Part shown: positions 47,303 through 56,041 of the stretch, piece by piece
Layout of the letters: each line of letters opens with the position of its first letter
Position numbering within the stretch: position 1 is the first letter of the stretch
Source of the DNA: an uncultured Planctomycetaceae bacterium
Lineage (GTDB): Bacteria; Planctomycetota; Phycisphaerae; SM23-33
Direction of reading: 5' to 3'
DNA length: 64,000 bases
Assembly: GCA_964427875.1 (NCBI GenBank)
Contig: CAYRVX010000003.1
Coordinates: forward strand, 46,910-110,909
Notes under the pieces: model-generated
Told to the model about the DNA's origin: nothing
What the model saw: the letters and a program-made list of their open reading frames with translations, nothing else
Database searches by the model: none
Program-made: the position numbers and the translations under genes

Positions 47303-47713
47303 ATGAGCGATCTGACACGAACAGCACTGGCGATCGACGTTGAGCTCCTGAAGAAGTTCGATCGGTGGATGGCCGCCCACGGGTACACCAATCGCTCGGA
47401 GGCCGTCCGCGACCTGATCCGTGCTGCGCTGGTCGAGGCCCAGTGGCGAAATCCCAGGGCCAAGGTCGTGGCCGTGTTGAGCGTGATCTACGACCATGCC
47501 TCCCATGCGCTCGCCCAGGAGCTGACGACGATCCAGCACAGGGACCATCACGCCGTGCTGTGCAGCCAGCACGTGCATCTGGACGACCACCTGTGCCTTG
47601 AGGCCATCGTGATGCAGGGGACGGCGCGTCAGCTTCGCCGGCTGGCCGATACGATCATCGCGACCCGCGGGGTCATGGCAGGCAAGCTCACGCTGCTCAG
47701 CCGGAACGTCTGA
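47303..47713 (+). CDS. nikR: Nickel-responsive regulator NikR (RHH + ACT-like Ni-binding domain)
   Basis: An RHH N-terminus (TNRSEAVRDLIRAAL). Ni-site residues in IYDHASH...QHRDHHAVLCSQHVHLDDHLCLEAIVMQG are collinear with E. coli NikR (HxH...C). Confidence 0.85.
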   Translation: MSDLTRTALAIDVELLKKFDRWMAAHGYTNRSEAVRDLIRAALVEAQWRNPRAKVVAVLSVIYDHASHALAQELTTIQHRDHHAVLCSQHVHLDDHLCLEAIVMQGTARQLRRLADTIIATRGVMAGKLTLLSRNV

Positions 47714-47751
47714 TGGGCCCCGGCGCCGGGCGTGTGAGGCGCGGCGGCGAC

Positions 47752-48525
47752 CTATGGCTCGCGGATGCGCTGGATCTTGAACAGCGCCGGCCAGACGCCC
47801 GTGAGCTGCTGCCGCGGATACGTTTGGGCGGGGTAATTCCTGTTGAGCGGCTGTAGACGGGTCGTCTGCTCTTCGTCCTGGTAGACCCGCTTGAAGGTCG
47901 TGCCCTCGTCCCCTTCGAGGCGGACAAAGCAGTCGTCGCCGCTGCGCGCCACGGCGTTGGGGGAGAAGACCACGATGTCGCCCTCGCGGTATTCCGGCTC
48001 CATGGAGTCGCCCACGACGCGGGCGGCGAACGCCTGCGGATCGTGCATGTCCGGGCAGCGGATGTACTCGTCCGCCATGCCGGGAGGGTAGTCCAGATCG
48101 GTGAAGTGGTGGGGGTAGCCGGCCGCTACGCTGTTGATCACGGGAACGACCACGCCGGCCCAGAGATCATCGCGGCTCTCGGGGACAAAGTCGGTATCGG
48201 GCGTCGCCCCCTCCTCGTCCGCCTTGCCGCCGCGGAGCTCCCTGATGACCGCGCGAAGCCTGTCCATTTCCGCCCTGAATCTCTCGTATCGTTCTCGGAC
48301 GTCCGTCGGGGTCCGCGCCAGATGGGCGATCCTGACCAACTCGCCCGGACGAAAGGTCAGGGCCCTTTCCAGCGATCGGAGAATGCCGTCGGAAGGGGGG
48401 TTCTTCGCCTTGCCCGTCTCGATGTTCGACAGATACGGCTTGGATATCCCAACCTGCGACGCGACCACCTCCTGTGTCATACCCAGTTCTTCGCGGCGAG
48501 CTCGCACAATAGAACCCAGACTCAT
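47752..48525 (-). CDS. XRE-family HTH + S24 (LexA/CI-type) self-cleaving repressor
   Basis: HTH LGMTQEVVASQVGISKPYLSNIETGK. S24 serine motif GDSMEP and lysine ...TFKRVY. Confidence 0.8.
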   Translation of the reverse strand: MSLGSIVRARREELGMTQEVVASQVGISKPYLSNIETGKAKNPPSDGILRSLERALTFRPGELVRIAHLARTPTDVRERYERFRAEMDRLRAVIRELRGGKADEEGATPDTDFVPESRDDLWAGVVVPVINSVAAGYPHHFTDLDYPPGMADEYIRCPDMHDPQAFAARVVGDSMEPEYREGDIVVFSPNAVARSGDDCFVRLEGDEGTTFKRVYQDEEQTTRLQPLNRNYPAQTYPRQQLTGVWPALFKIQRIREP

Positions 48526-48759
48526 GGCCGATCTCCTGAATCCGTCAAAATCTACGCTTCTGTACCATTATCCACTGTTTTCGGCACAAAGGCAAGGCTT
48601 TCTGAATAAACAGGGAAAAATATTTTTCTGAAAAAACATTGACATTGCAGGTTTCGTGGCTAAAATACATATTGAGGCGGGGTGCGTCTCCAGCGGCGGC
48701 GTTGCTCAAATCATTGTGTTTCTCGCACGGCTTCCGTGCGCGAGGGTCAGGCCTGTTCG

Positions 48760-49065
48760 TCAGGAACCGGATTCATCGGGCATGTAGGTGAAGCGTATGC
48801 GGAACAGCCGTCGTCCCTCGCGCTTCTCCGGAGGGTAGAGCTCGTTGAGGGCGCAAGCAAGGCCCGCCAGGCTCTCGAAGCCGTCCGCGCGGGCGTCCTC
48901 ATCGTTCAGTTCGCCGACCTCCACGGGCTGGGCGGCGTCAATGCGGACCTTTCCCAGCCCGGGAATGGTGTGCACGGTGCCGGCCCGGAGGTGACACCAT
49001 CGCCAGAACCGCAGCGTGGTGGTCTTGACTCCAGAGCGTATGCCCTTGAAGAACCTTTTTTTCAT
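48760..49065 (-). CDS. ASCH (PUA-like) domain protein
   Basis: KKRFFKGIRSGVKTTTLRFW...AGTVHTIPGLGKVRIDAAQPVEVGELNDEDARADGF matches the ASCH beta-barrel pattern. The start is taken at MKKRFF. Confidence 0.6.
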   Translation of the reverse strand: MKKRFFKGIRSGVKTTTLRFWRWCHLRAGTVHTIPGLGKVRIDAAQPVEVGELNDEDARADGFESLAGLACALNELYPPEKREGRRLFRIRFTYMPDESGS

Positions 49066-49078
49066 CAGGAGCATTGAG

Positions 49079-50536
49079 ATGGCCTCTGCTTCCAGACTTT
49101 ACAAGTGGTCCGTTCGTGTCAACTCCAAAATCCGTCGGCCGATCCCGCAACTGCCCGATGCCGGGCGCGTAGCGGCCATGTTCGGCCTCTGCGAGGAAGG
49201 AACGGAGACGCTGTACGAGCGGTTCTCCCTGGACGTCACGCCGGGTCAGATCGTTGCGGTGACGGGGCCCTCCGGAGCGGGCAAGAGCGTGCTGCTTCGA
49301 GAGGTGGCCCGGCAGGTCCCGCGGGCCCGGTGGCTTGGGACGGACGCGCTGGCCCGAAGCGACACGCCGGCCATCTCCGTGCTGTCCGGCGGAGACCTGG
49401 CAGAGCGGCTCAGCGTCTTGGCGCGGTGCGGACTGGCCGAAGCGTCCGCCCTGGTCACCCCCGCAAGATGCCTTTCCGGCGGGCAGCTCGTCCGTCTGGC
49501 GCTGGCCGAGGCCCTCCACGCCGCACTGCGTGCCGGGCGGCCGGAGCTCATCATCACCGACGAGTTCGCATCCTCCCTGGATCCGATCACGGCGAGAATC
49601 CTGTGCCGCCAGATACGCAAGCTCATTGTCGGCTCGCCGGTGGCGATGCTGCTGGCCACGCCCCACCCGGAGCTGATCCCTCACCTGAGGCCCGATCAGG
49701 TCATCGTCAAGCCGCTTCGGCGACCGCCGCGGTTCGTGCCGAGCCCCGCCCGGGCGGGCAGCGGGCACCTGCCGCATCGCTGGCGCATAGAGCGGGGGGC
49801 CATTCGTGATTACCACAAGCTTTGTTGCTTCCACTATTTGTCGGGGCCGCCGGCGTGCCACAAGCGGGTGTACGTCATCCGCCCGCCGCGGACCGCCACC
49901 CGGCGGAGATGGCGCGACCTGACGGCGGCGGAAGTTGCCGGCGTGCTGGTCGTCTCGCCGCCGCTGGCGAACGTACGTGGCCGGAACGTCGCCACCGGCG
50001 CGCGATACGCCGGGCCGGACCGGGCGGCGGCCCTGGAACTGCTGAACGCCGAGATAGAGTCCATCTCGCGCGTTATCGTTCACCCGACATATCGCGGCTG
50101 TGGGCTGGCGGTGCGCCTGGTGCGCCATGTCCTGGCCACGGCACAGACGCCTCTGGTGGAGGCCCTGGCGGCGATGGGACGCGTCCACCCCTTCTTCGAG
50201 CGGGCGGGCATGACGGCGTTCCATCTCCCGCTGGACGAGCCCGTCAGCAGGCTGCTCAGCGCGGCCGAGGCCGTCGGGCTCTCGGCGAACGACCTGGCGG
50301 CGGTCCGGCCGGTGAGAAAGCTGCTTTCCGAACGCAGGTCGCCGCAAGCGGCCTTCTTCCGGCGCGAACTGGACCGCTGCCGCAGGAACACGTTCCCTCG
50401 GCGCCGGCTCAGGCGTCTGGCGGATCCCGTCGCCGAAGTGTGTCGCCGAACCGCGCGGCGATACGTCTATTACCTTGCCGGGAAGACAGAGGACCGACAC
50501 GATGTCACCACGAAGACACCCTCAAGCTGTCAGTAG
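49079..50536 (+). CDS. ABC-type ATPase domain fused to a C-terminal GNAT-like acetyltransferase domain
   Basis: Walker A VTGPSGAGKS, ABC signature LSGGQLVRLALAEAL, Walker B LIITDEFASSLD. C-terminal SRVIVHPTYRGCGLAVRLV...FFERAGM (GNAT motif A/B-like). The start may instead be MFGL at 49148. Confidence 0.6.
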   Translation: MASASRLYKWSVRVNSKIRRPIPQLPDAGRVAAMFGLCEEGTETLYERFSLDVTPGQIVAVTGPSGAGKSVLLREVARQVPRARWLGTDALARSDTPAISVLSGGDLAERLSVLARCGLAEASALVTPARCLSGGQLVRLALAEALHAALRAGRPELIITDEFASSLDPITARILCRQIRKLIVGSPVAMLLATPHPELIPHLRPDQVIVKPLRRPPRFVPSPARAGSGHLPHRWRIERGAIRDYHKLCCFHYLSGPPACHKRVYVIRPPRTATRRRWRDLTAAEVAGVLVVSPPLANVRGRNVATGARYAGPDRAAALELLNAEIESISRVIVHPTYRGCGLAVRLVRHVLATAQTPLVEALAAMGRVHPFFERAGMTAFHLPLDEPVSRLLSAAEAVGLSANDLAAVRPVRKLLSERRSPQAAFFRRELDRCRRNTFPRRRLRRLADPVAEVCRRTARRYVYYLAGKTEDRHDVTTKTPSSCQ

Positions 50537-51158
50537 AAGGCTGGCCCTTGCCGACCTGATCGGGCGCAAAGGCCGCGCAACCGTTCTGCCGGCCCGCGCC
50601 AGAAAGGCGCTGGCCGAGCACATCTCTCGCCACGGCTGCTACCCCCCCGTGATCGTCCGCCCGCATCCTCGTCGCGCGGGCAAGTTCGAGATACTCGACG
50701 GCCACCATCGCGCGGAGATCCTGCGAGGTCTTGGCGAGAAGACGGCTCGCTGTGAGGTCTGGCCGGTGGATTCGGCCGAGGCGGGGGTCGTGGCCGCGAC
50801 GCTGAACCGCCTCCGGGGCCGCCAGGACGTCAAACGGCGTGCCGGCCAGGTCGGGCGCCTCGTGCGCCGGTTTGGCCCAGAGGGCGCGGCGGCCAGGCTC
50901 GGCATCACGCCCACGGCCCTGCGCCAGCAGCTCGCCCCCGCCGACACGCCTGGGCACCATGAGCCTCCGGCGGCCCTGGACCTCCAGGCCGTCGTGTTCC
51001 ACCTGTCCGCCGAGGAAGTACGGCACCTGCGACAGGCGCTGGACAATGCCGGCCGCCGCACGCTCGGCCGCGCCAAGGCGCTCATGAAGGTGATCGGGCC
51101 GGGCCCGATGCAGGCCGGCGACCTCTCCAGTGCCCGACGGGAAGACGCCGCAGAGTGA
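50502..51158 (+). CDS. ParB-like nuclease (ParB/Srx) domain protein
   Basis: FEILDGHHRAEILRGLG is the ParB N-terminal-domain core motif. It overlaps the preceding gene by ~35 nt. Start uncertain (ORF begins 50475). Confidence 0.6.
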   Translation: MSPRRHPQAVSRRLALADLIGRKGRATVLPARARKALAEHISRHGCYPPVIVRPHPRRAGKFEILDGHHRAEILRGLGEKTARCEVWPVDSAEAGVVAATLNRLRGRQDVKRRAGQVGRLVRRFGPEGAAARLGITPTALRQQLAPADTPGHHEPPAALDLQAVVFHLSAEEVRHLRQALDNAGRRTLGRAKALMKVIGPGPMQAGDLSSARREDAAE

Positions 51159-51232
51159 CGGGATCGGCGGTTCGGCGTTTTGGGCGGATTTGGGATTTCG
51201 AAACCGGGGGCGCCTGGGGTAGACTGCGCCGC

Positions 51233-52084
51233 GTGAGCGGCCAGAACGTCTACCTCAACGGGCGGATCATCCCGGCGGCCGAGGCGACCGTGAGCGTCTC
51301 GGACTCGGGTCTTCTGCACGGTGCCTCGGCGTTCACGACGATGTTGGCGCACAACGGCGTCGTGTTTCGGCTGGACCGACACCTCTCGCGGCTGTTCGAG
51401 ACGATCCGGCTGCTGGGGTTTCGCGCCGACGCGGACCCCGAGTGTTTGGCCGCGGCGACGAAGGACCTGCTGGCTGCCAACGAGCTGCCCGAGGCCCGCG
51501 TGCGGATCACGCTTACTCCCGGGTCTGTTCGCGGCGTCGGGACGACCACGCTGATCACGGCCGATCCGCTGCCGGACTACCCCGCCGAGTGGTACGAGAA
51601 AGGAATCGCCGTCGTCGTCTCATCGTTCAGGCAAGGCTCGGGCTTGAGTCTTGCCGGTCACAAGACGGGCTGTTATCTTCCCCGTGTGCTGGCCCGTCAG
51701 GAAGCGGCCGCCAAGGGCGCCGAGGAAGCGATCTGGTTCACGGCGGACAACCGCCTGGCGGAGGCGTGCTTCTGCAACGTGTTCCTTGTCCTCGGCGGCG
51801 AGGCGTATACGCCGCCGAGGGACACGCCGGTGCTGCCGGGGATCGTCCGCCAAGCGGTCCTGGAGCTGTGCGAGCAGATCCACCTGGCCTGTCACGACGA
51901 CAAACCGCTTACAATTCGCGAGATGCTGACCGCCGACGAGATGTTCCTGACGGCCTCGTGCAGCGGCGTTCGCCCGGTCGTGTGCATCGAGCGTCACGGG
52001 GTGGGAGACGAGAGCCCCGGGCCCGTGACCCGGAAGATCATGGACGCATATCGCGAGCTTCTGGATCGGCAGTGCGCGTCGTGA
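51233..52084 (+). CDS. Class-IV (fold type IV) PLP aminotransferase, PabC (aminodeoxychorismate lyase)/D-aminotransferase-like
   Basis: VYLNGRIIP N-terminus, ...RLDRHLSRL..., and a GxxR/E-type fold-IV pattern. GTG start at 51233 preferred over ATG 51155. Confidence 0.75.
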   Translation: MSGQNVYLNGRIIPAAEATVSVSDSGLLHGASAFTTMLAHNGVVFRLDRHLSRLFETIRLLGFRADADPECLAAATKDLLAANELPEARVRITLTPGSVRGVGTTTLITADPLPDYPAEWYEKGIAVVVSSFRQGSGLSLAGHKTGCYLPRVLARQEAAAKGAEEAIWFTADNRLAEACFCNVFLVLGGEAYTPPRDTPVLPGIVRQAVLELCEQIHLACHDDKPLTIREMLTADEMFLTASCSGVRPVVCIERHGVGDESPGPVTRKIMDAYRELLDRQCAS

Positions 52085-52103
52085 TCGCAATAAGGAGCGA
52101 CGA

Positions 52104-53222
52104 ATGAAAGTGGCGGACATTGTCAGGGTCATCGAGTCGCTGGCGCCCCCCGAGCTTGCCGAAGAGGGGGACAATGTGGGTCTGCTGGTGGGCGACCTGG
52201 CCGGCAGCGTCAGGAAAGTGATGGTCTGCATGGACCTGACGGAGGCCGTCCTGGCCGAGGCCATTCGTCTCCGCGCCCAGATGGTGATCGCCCATCACCC
52301 GCCCATCTTCAGATCGATCTCTCGGGTGACGGCCGACGAGGCCCCCGTGACGTATGAGGCGGTCCGGCGCGGGTTGGCGATCTACGCAGCCCACACGAAT
52401 CTCGACGCCGCCCCGGGCGGCGTGAGCGACGTGCTGGCGGACGTTCTGCAACTGGTGGACCGCCGCCCATTGGAGCCCATCGTGCGGCAGGAACGCTGCA
52501 AGGTCGTGGTCTTCGTGCCGCCGGACGAGCTGCCCCGGGTGGCCAACGCCGCCTTTGCCGCAGGGGCCGGGCGCATCGGAAACTACCACGACTGCGCCTT
52601 CTTCTGCCACGGCATCGGATCGTTCTACGGCGACAGCTCCGCGCGCCCGGCCATCGGCGACGCCGCCCGTCACGAGGTCACCGAGGAACTGCGCCTGGAG
52701 GTGATCTGTCCGCGGTCCGGCGCCGCGGCCGTCTGCCAGGCCATCCGCGCCGCCCACAGCTACGAGGAGCCCGCAATCGATACGTACGTGCTCGAGGACT
52801 CCCCCGTCGGCTGCGGCCTGGGACGCATCGGCAGGCTGAAACGACCCGTGACCGTCCAGACACTCGTCAATCGCCTCAAGAAGGCGACGGGCCTGAAAAG
52901 GGTCCTTCTGGCCGCCGCGTCAGGCGAGAAGAACGGGGATCGCAAGGGCATGCTGGTGACGACGGCCGCCTGCTTCGGCGGCTCAGGAGGCCCGGTCTTC
53001 AGAAAGGCCGTCTCCCAGGGCGCCACGTTCTACGTCACCGGCGAGTTGAGCCACCACGACGCGATCGATGCCGTGGCCGCCGGGACCACGGTCGTCTGCC
53101 TGGGCCACGGCCACTCCGAACGGCTCGCAATGACACGCCTGGCGGAGCGACTGGCCGAGCAGCTCCCAAAGCTCGGGACCGTGGTCTCCCAGCGAGACAA
53201 GGACCCGTATGTTATCGTGTAG
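52104..53222 (+). CDS. Nif3-family dinuclear-metal-centre protein (YqfO/YbgI-like)
   Basis: MKVADIVRVIESLAP..NVGLLVGD...AHHP and C-terminal GHGHSE, the Nif3/GTP cyclohydrolase I type 2 homologue pattern. The insert domain indicates the long (YqfO) form. Confidence 0.8.
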   Translation: MKVADIVRVIESLAPPELAEEGDNVGLLVGDLAGSVRKVMVCMDLTEAVLAEAIRLRAQMVIAHHPPIFRSISRVTADEAPVTYEAVRRGLAIYAAHTNLDAAPGGVSDVLADVLQLVDRRPLEPIVRQERCKVVVFVPPDELPRVANAAFAAGAGRIGNYHDCAFFCHGIGSFYGDSSARPAIGDAARHEVTEELRLEVICPRSGAAAVCQAIRAAHSYEEPAIDTYVLEDSPVGCGLGRIGRLKRPVTVQTLVNRLKKATGLKRVLLAAASGEKNGDRKGMLVTTAACFGGSGGPVFRKAVSQGATFYVTGELSHHDAIDAVAAGTTVVCLGHGHSERLAMTRLAERLAEQLPKLGTVVSQRDKDPYVIV

Positions 53223-53240
53223 TGTCGAGCAGTACCCACG

Positions 53241-54548
53241 TCACCGGCGGGTCCGGTCGTCTGGTTTCTCCTGCTCTTCGTCCAGTTGGAAGAGGTCGCG
53301 CAGCGCGGCGACGTGCGCGCGAGCGGTGTCGGAGCCCGCGGCGCTCCGTAGGCGCTGCGTGCAAGTGTGCAGCATCCTGCGAATGGTTCGGTGAAGGGCC
53401 CGCTGGAGGATCTCGATGTCCTCGTCGGCGTCCTCGTGCCCGCTGAGTTTGTTTCGGGCGTCAGCCAGCTCTTCAGCGGCGATCTCCTCCATGGAGCGAT
53501 ACAACGCTTCGATCGTCGGCGTGACGTTCCGGACGTTGAGGGCGGAGAGGAACTCGTTGACGTGCTCGGCAATGATGCCGTCCGCGGCGCCGCGCTGGCC
53601 TTGCCGCAACTTCAGGTTGCCCTGAACGATCCGGTCCAGGTCGTCGATGTTGTAGAGGAAGACGTTCTCGACCTGCCCGGCGCCCGGCTCAACGTCCCGC
53701 GGGACGGCGATGTCCACGATCAGCAGGGGACGGTAAAGGCGACGGTCCTGCACCAGGCGGATCATCTCCGCCGTGAGGACGGGCTCCGTGGCGCCGGTGG
53801 AGGTGAGCACGACATCGGCCTCGGCGAGGTGATCGCCCAACTGCTCGAAGTGGCCCGCGCAGCCGCCGCAGGCTTCGGCAAGGCGCTCGGCGCGGTCTCG
53901 GCTGCGGTTGACCACGACGATGCGTCCGGCCCCGAGCCGCCGGAGCTGCTGGAGCATCAGCTCGTTCATCTTCCCCGCCCCCACGTTCAGCACGCATTTG
54001 CCCTCCAGCGTTTCGAACAGTTGCCGGACGAACTCGATGGCCACCGACGCGACCGAGACTTTTCCCACTGCGATGTCCGTCTCGGTGCGGATGTGCTTGG
54101 CCACGTGAAATGCGCCCTGGAACAACTCGTTCATCACGGCGCGGGCACAGTCGGCCTGAACGGCCTCGGCGTAGGCGCCCTTGATCTGGGAGACGATCTG
54201 GGCCTCGCCGGGCACGAGGCTGTCGAGCCCGGCGGCCACGGCGAAGAGGTGCCCGATGGCTTCGCCGTCGGCCAACGTGTAGAGGGCTTCGTCGAACCCG
54301 CCCGGCGCGAGCGAATGGAACTCGCAGAGCCAGTTGCGAAGCTCCTCCGCCCGTGGATGGCCGTGGACTGGCCTGGTGGTGTATACCTCCGTCCGGTTGC
54401 ACGTGGAGAGAATCGCGAACTCCGCGTCGGCCCAACGCTCGCGCAGGTCGCGGAGCGCCTCACGCCGCTGGGACGCGCCCAGCGCCAGCTTCTCTCTTAC
54501 GGCCACGTGGGCCGATCTGTGGCTTGCGCCAATGCAGAGGATTCGCAT
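53241..54548 (-). CDS. hemA: Glutamyl-tRNA reductase
   Basis: Start MRILCIGASHRSA (ATG 54548). Active-site context LSTCNRTEVY. NADPH domain VLNVGAGKMNE. The 671-aa ORF extension upstream is a GC read-through across the next gene. Confidence 0.88.
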   Translation of the reverse strand: MRILCIGASHRSAHVAVREKLALGASQRREALRDLRERWADAEFAILSTCNRTEVYTTRPVHGHPRAEELRNWLCEFHSLAPGGFDEALYTLADGEAIGHLFAVAAGLDSLVPGEAQIVSQIKGAYAEAVQADCARAVMNELFQGAFHVAKHIRTETDIAVGKVSVASVAIEFVRQLFETLEGKCVLNVGAGKMNELMLQQLRRLGAGRIVVVNRSRDRAERLAEACGGCAGHFEQLGDHLAEADVVLTSTGATEPVLTAEMIRLVQDRRLYRPLLIVDIAVPRDVEPGAGQVENVFLYNIDDLDRIVQGNLKLRQGQRGAADGIIAEHVNEFLSALNVRNVTPTIEALYRSMEEIAAEELADARNKLSGHEDADEDIEILQRALHRTIRRMLHTCTQRLRSAAGSDTARAHVAALRDLFQLDEEQEKPDDRTRR

Positions 54549-54550
54549 TC

Positions 54551-55366
54551 TTACGTCTTCGGTATAAGCATGCTGGCCACGAGCACGACGACGAGCAGGC
54601 CGAACCCGACGATTGAGAGGATCGCCACGGCCCGGCCGCGAAATCGCCTGGCGTAGGCCGCGTGCAGGGCAAACGTGTATAACAGCCACGTCACCGACGC
54701 CATCAGCACCTTCGGGTGGGTCGGCCAGTTCCGGAAGTACCCCTCGCGTTCGGGCTGGAATGCGCCCGCCAGTCCGGCGACGATGGTTGCGGTCACCAGG
54801 GCAAAGGCCGCCGGCAGCGCGTGGCGGACGAATCGATCCAGCCGCTCCAAAGGCGGCAGGGGCCACTTGAAAAGCGCCGGGTCCTTGCCGCGAAGCTGCT
54901 TGTGCTTCCTCAGGTATAGCCATCCCCCTGCGGCTGCGGCGGCAAAGCTGATCGCCGCCGCCACGGCGAACGTCACGTGGGCCACGTTCCAGAAGTCGCG
55001 CGTGAAGTCGCGATAGGCAGCCCCGCCCAGGGCAACGGCCAGCACGGACCACGCGGCCGCCAGCGGCAGCAGGACAAGCCCGGCCCCCGGCAGGGCGTCC
55101 ACGGCCTTGAAGTACGTCACCACGGCGCCGGTCAGCAGGGCCAGCAGCGTGAAGGCGTCGATCCCGCTGGACGTGGGAGAATGCCCGCGGGCGAGGCGCA
55201 GCACCAGCGTGGCCAGACTTAGGCTGATCCCCGCGGCCAGAGGGATCGACCCCCACCGCCCGACCCCTTCGCGTCCCGATCGCCGGCCAATCAGCGCCAG
55301 CAGCGCCGCCATCGCGTAGGCCGCCAGGGCCATGAGGCTCAGCAGTCTGGCTTCCAGAGAAGGCAT
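54551..55366 (-). CDS. Cytochrome c assembly / HemX-CcsA-like integral membrane protein
   Basis: Eight hydrophobic helices, with a W-rich motif region. It sits immediately upstream of hemA, as in hemA-hemX operons. The stop is 2 nt from the hemA start. Confidence 0.65.
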   Translation of the reverse strand: MPSLEARLLSLMALAAYAMAALLALIGRRSGREGVGRWGSIPLAAGISLSLATLVLRLARGHSPTSSGIDAFTLLALLTGAVVTYFKAVDALPGAGLVLLPLAAAWSVLAVALGGAAYRDFTRDFWNVAHVTFAVAAAISFAAAAAGGWLYLRKHKQLRGKDPALFKWPLPPLERLDRFVRHALPAAFALVTATIVAGLAGAFQPEREGYFRNWPTHPKVLMASVTWLLYTFALHAAYARRFRGRAVAILSIVGFGLLVVVLVASMLIPKT

Positions 55367-55378
55367 AGGTCTTGCCCC

Positions 55379-55996
55379 TTACCGCTCGATCAGTTCCGAG
55401 AGTTTCGCGCGGAGCCCGCCGGGTCCGCCCCGGAGGAACTCGCGATGGGTCTCATCGCTGACCAACTGCTTCATGATTCTCATGCGGCGCTGCGGATCGT
55501 CGACGGTGGCCCTGATCTCCGTGCGGATCTCGTCGAGGGCGGCGGCGAACGGGCCTACACGTTCGGGCAATTCGCCGGCGATGCGTTCCTTCAGCCAGGC
55601 CGACACCCCCGGGGCGGCCCCGCCCGTCCCGACGGCTATGACCACGTCCTCCTCGTGCACCGTCGCCGGAAGGTAGAAGTCGCACTCCTCCGGCGTGTCG
55701 GCGGTATTCACAAGGGCCCCGATCCGGCGGGCGTCCCGTGCGATCCGGGCGTTCAGGTCCCGATCGTCCGTGCAGGCGAACGCCAGAAAGGCGCCTCCCA
55801 GCAGGTCCGCATGATACGGGCGGCGGACGACCTCCAGGTCGCCGAGATCCGCATCGGCGTCGATCTGCCGGGCTACAAGCCTCACGAGTGCCTCAGCCCG
55901 GCGGAGGGACCTGGCCCTTCGCAGCCCCACCGGGCCGCCGCCCACGACGACGGCCAACCGGCCGTGAAGGTCCAACATGATCGGATACGTTCTCAT
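55379..55996 (-). CDS. Precorrin-2 dehydrogenase / sirohydrochlorin ferrochelatase (SirC/CysG N-domain-like)
   Basis: MRTYPIMLDLHGRLAVVVGGGPVGLRRARSL NAD-binding Rossmann N-terminus, characteristic of the siroheme synthase N-domain. Confidence 0.75.
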   Translation of the reverse strand: MRTYPIMLDLHGRLAVVVGGGPVGLRRARSLRRAEALVRLVARQIDADADLGDLEVVRRPYHADLLGGAFLAFACTDDRDLNARIARDARRIGALVNTADTPEECDFYLPATVHEEDVVIAVGTGGAAPGVSAWLKERIAGELPERVGPFAAALDEIRTEIRATVDDPQRRMRIMKQLVSDETHREFLRGGPGGLRAKLSELIER

Positions 55997-56041
55997 CCGG
56001 ACTTCCCTCGGCCACATCATAGCACGAAATGGCCGTGACGG

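Noticed and set aside
53241-55256. 671-aa minus-strand ORF spanning hemA and the upstream gene. Similar over-long ORFs occur at 10371..12506 and 3803..5125.
   Set aside because: High GC suppresses stop codons. The conserved protein N-termini (MRILCIGASH, MRILLIQPDY, MKFGGTSV) lie internally and the extensions are Arg/Pro-rich nonsense. The annotated genes use the internal starts.
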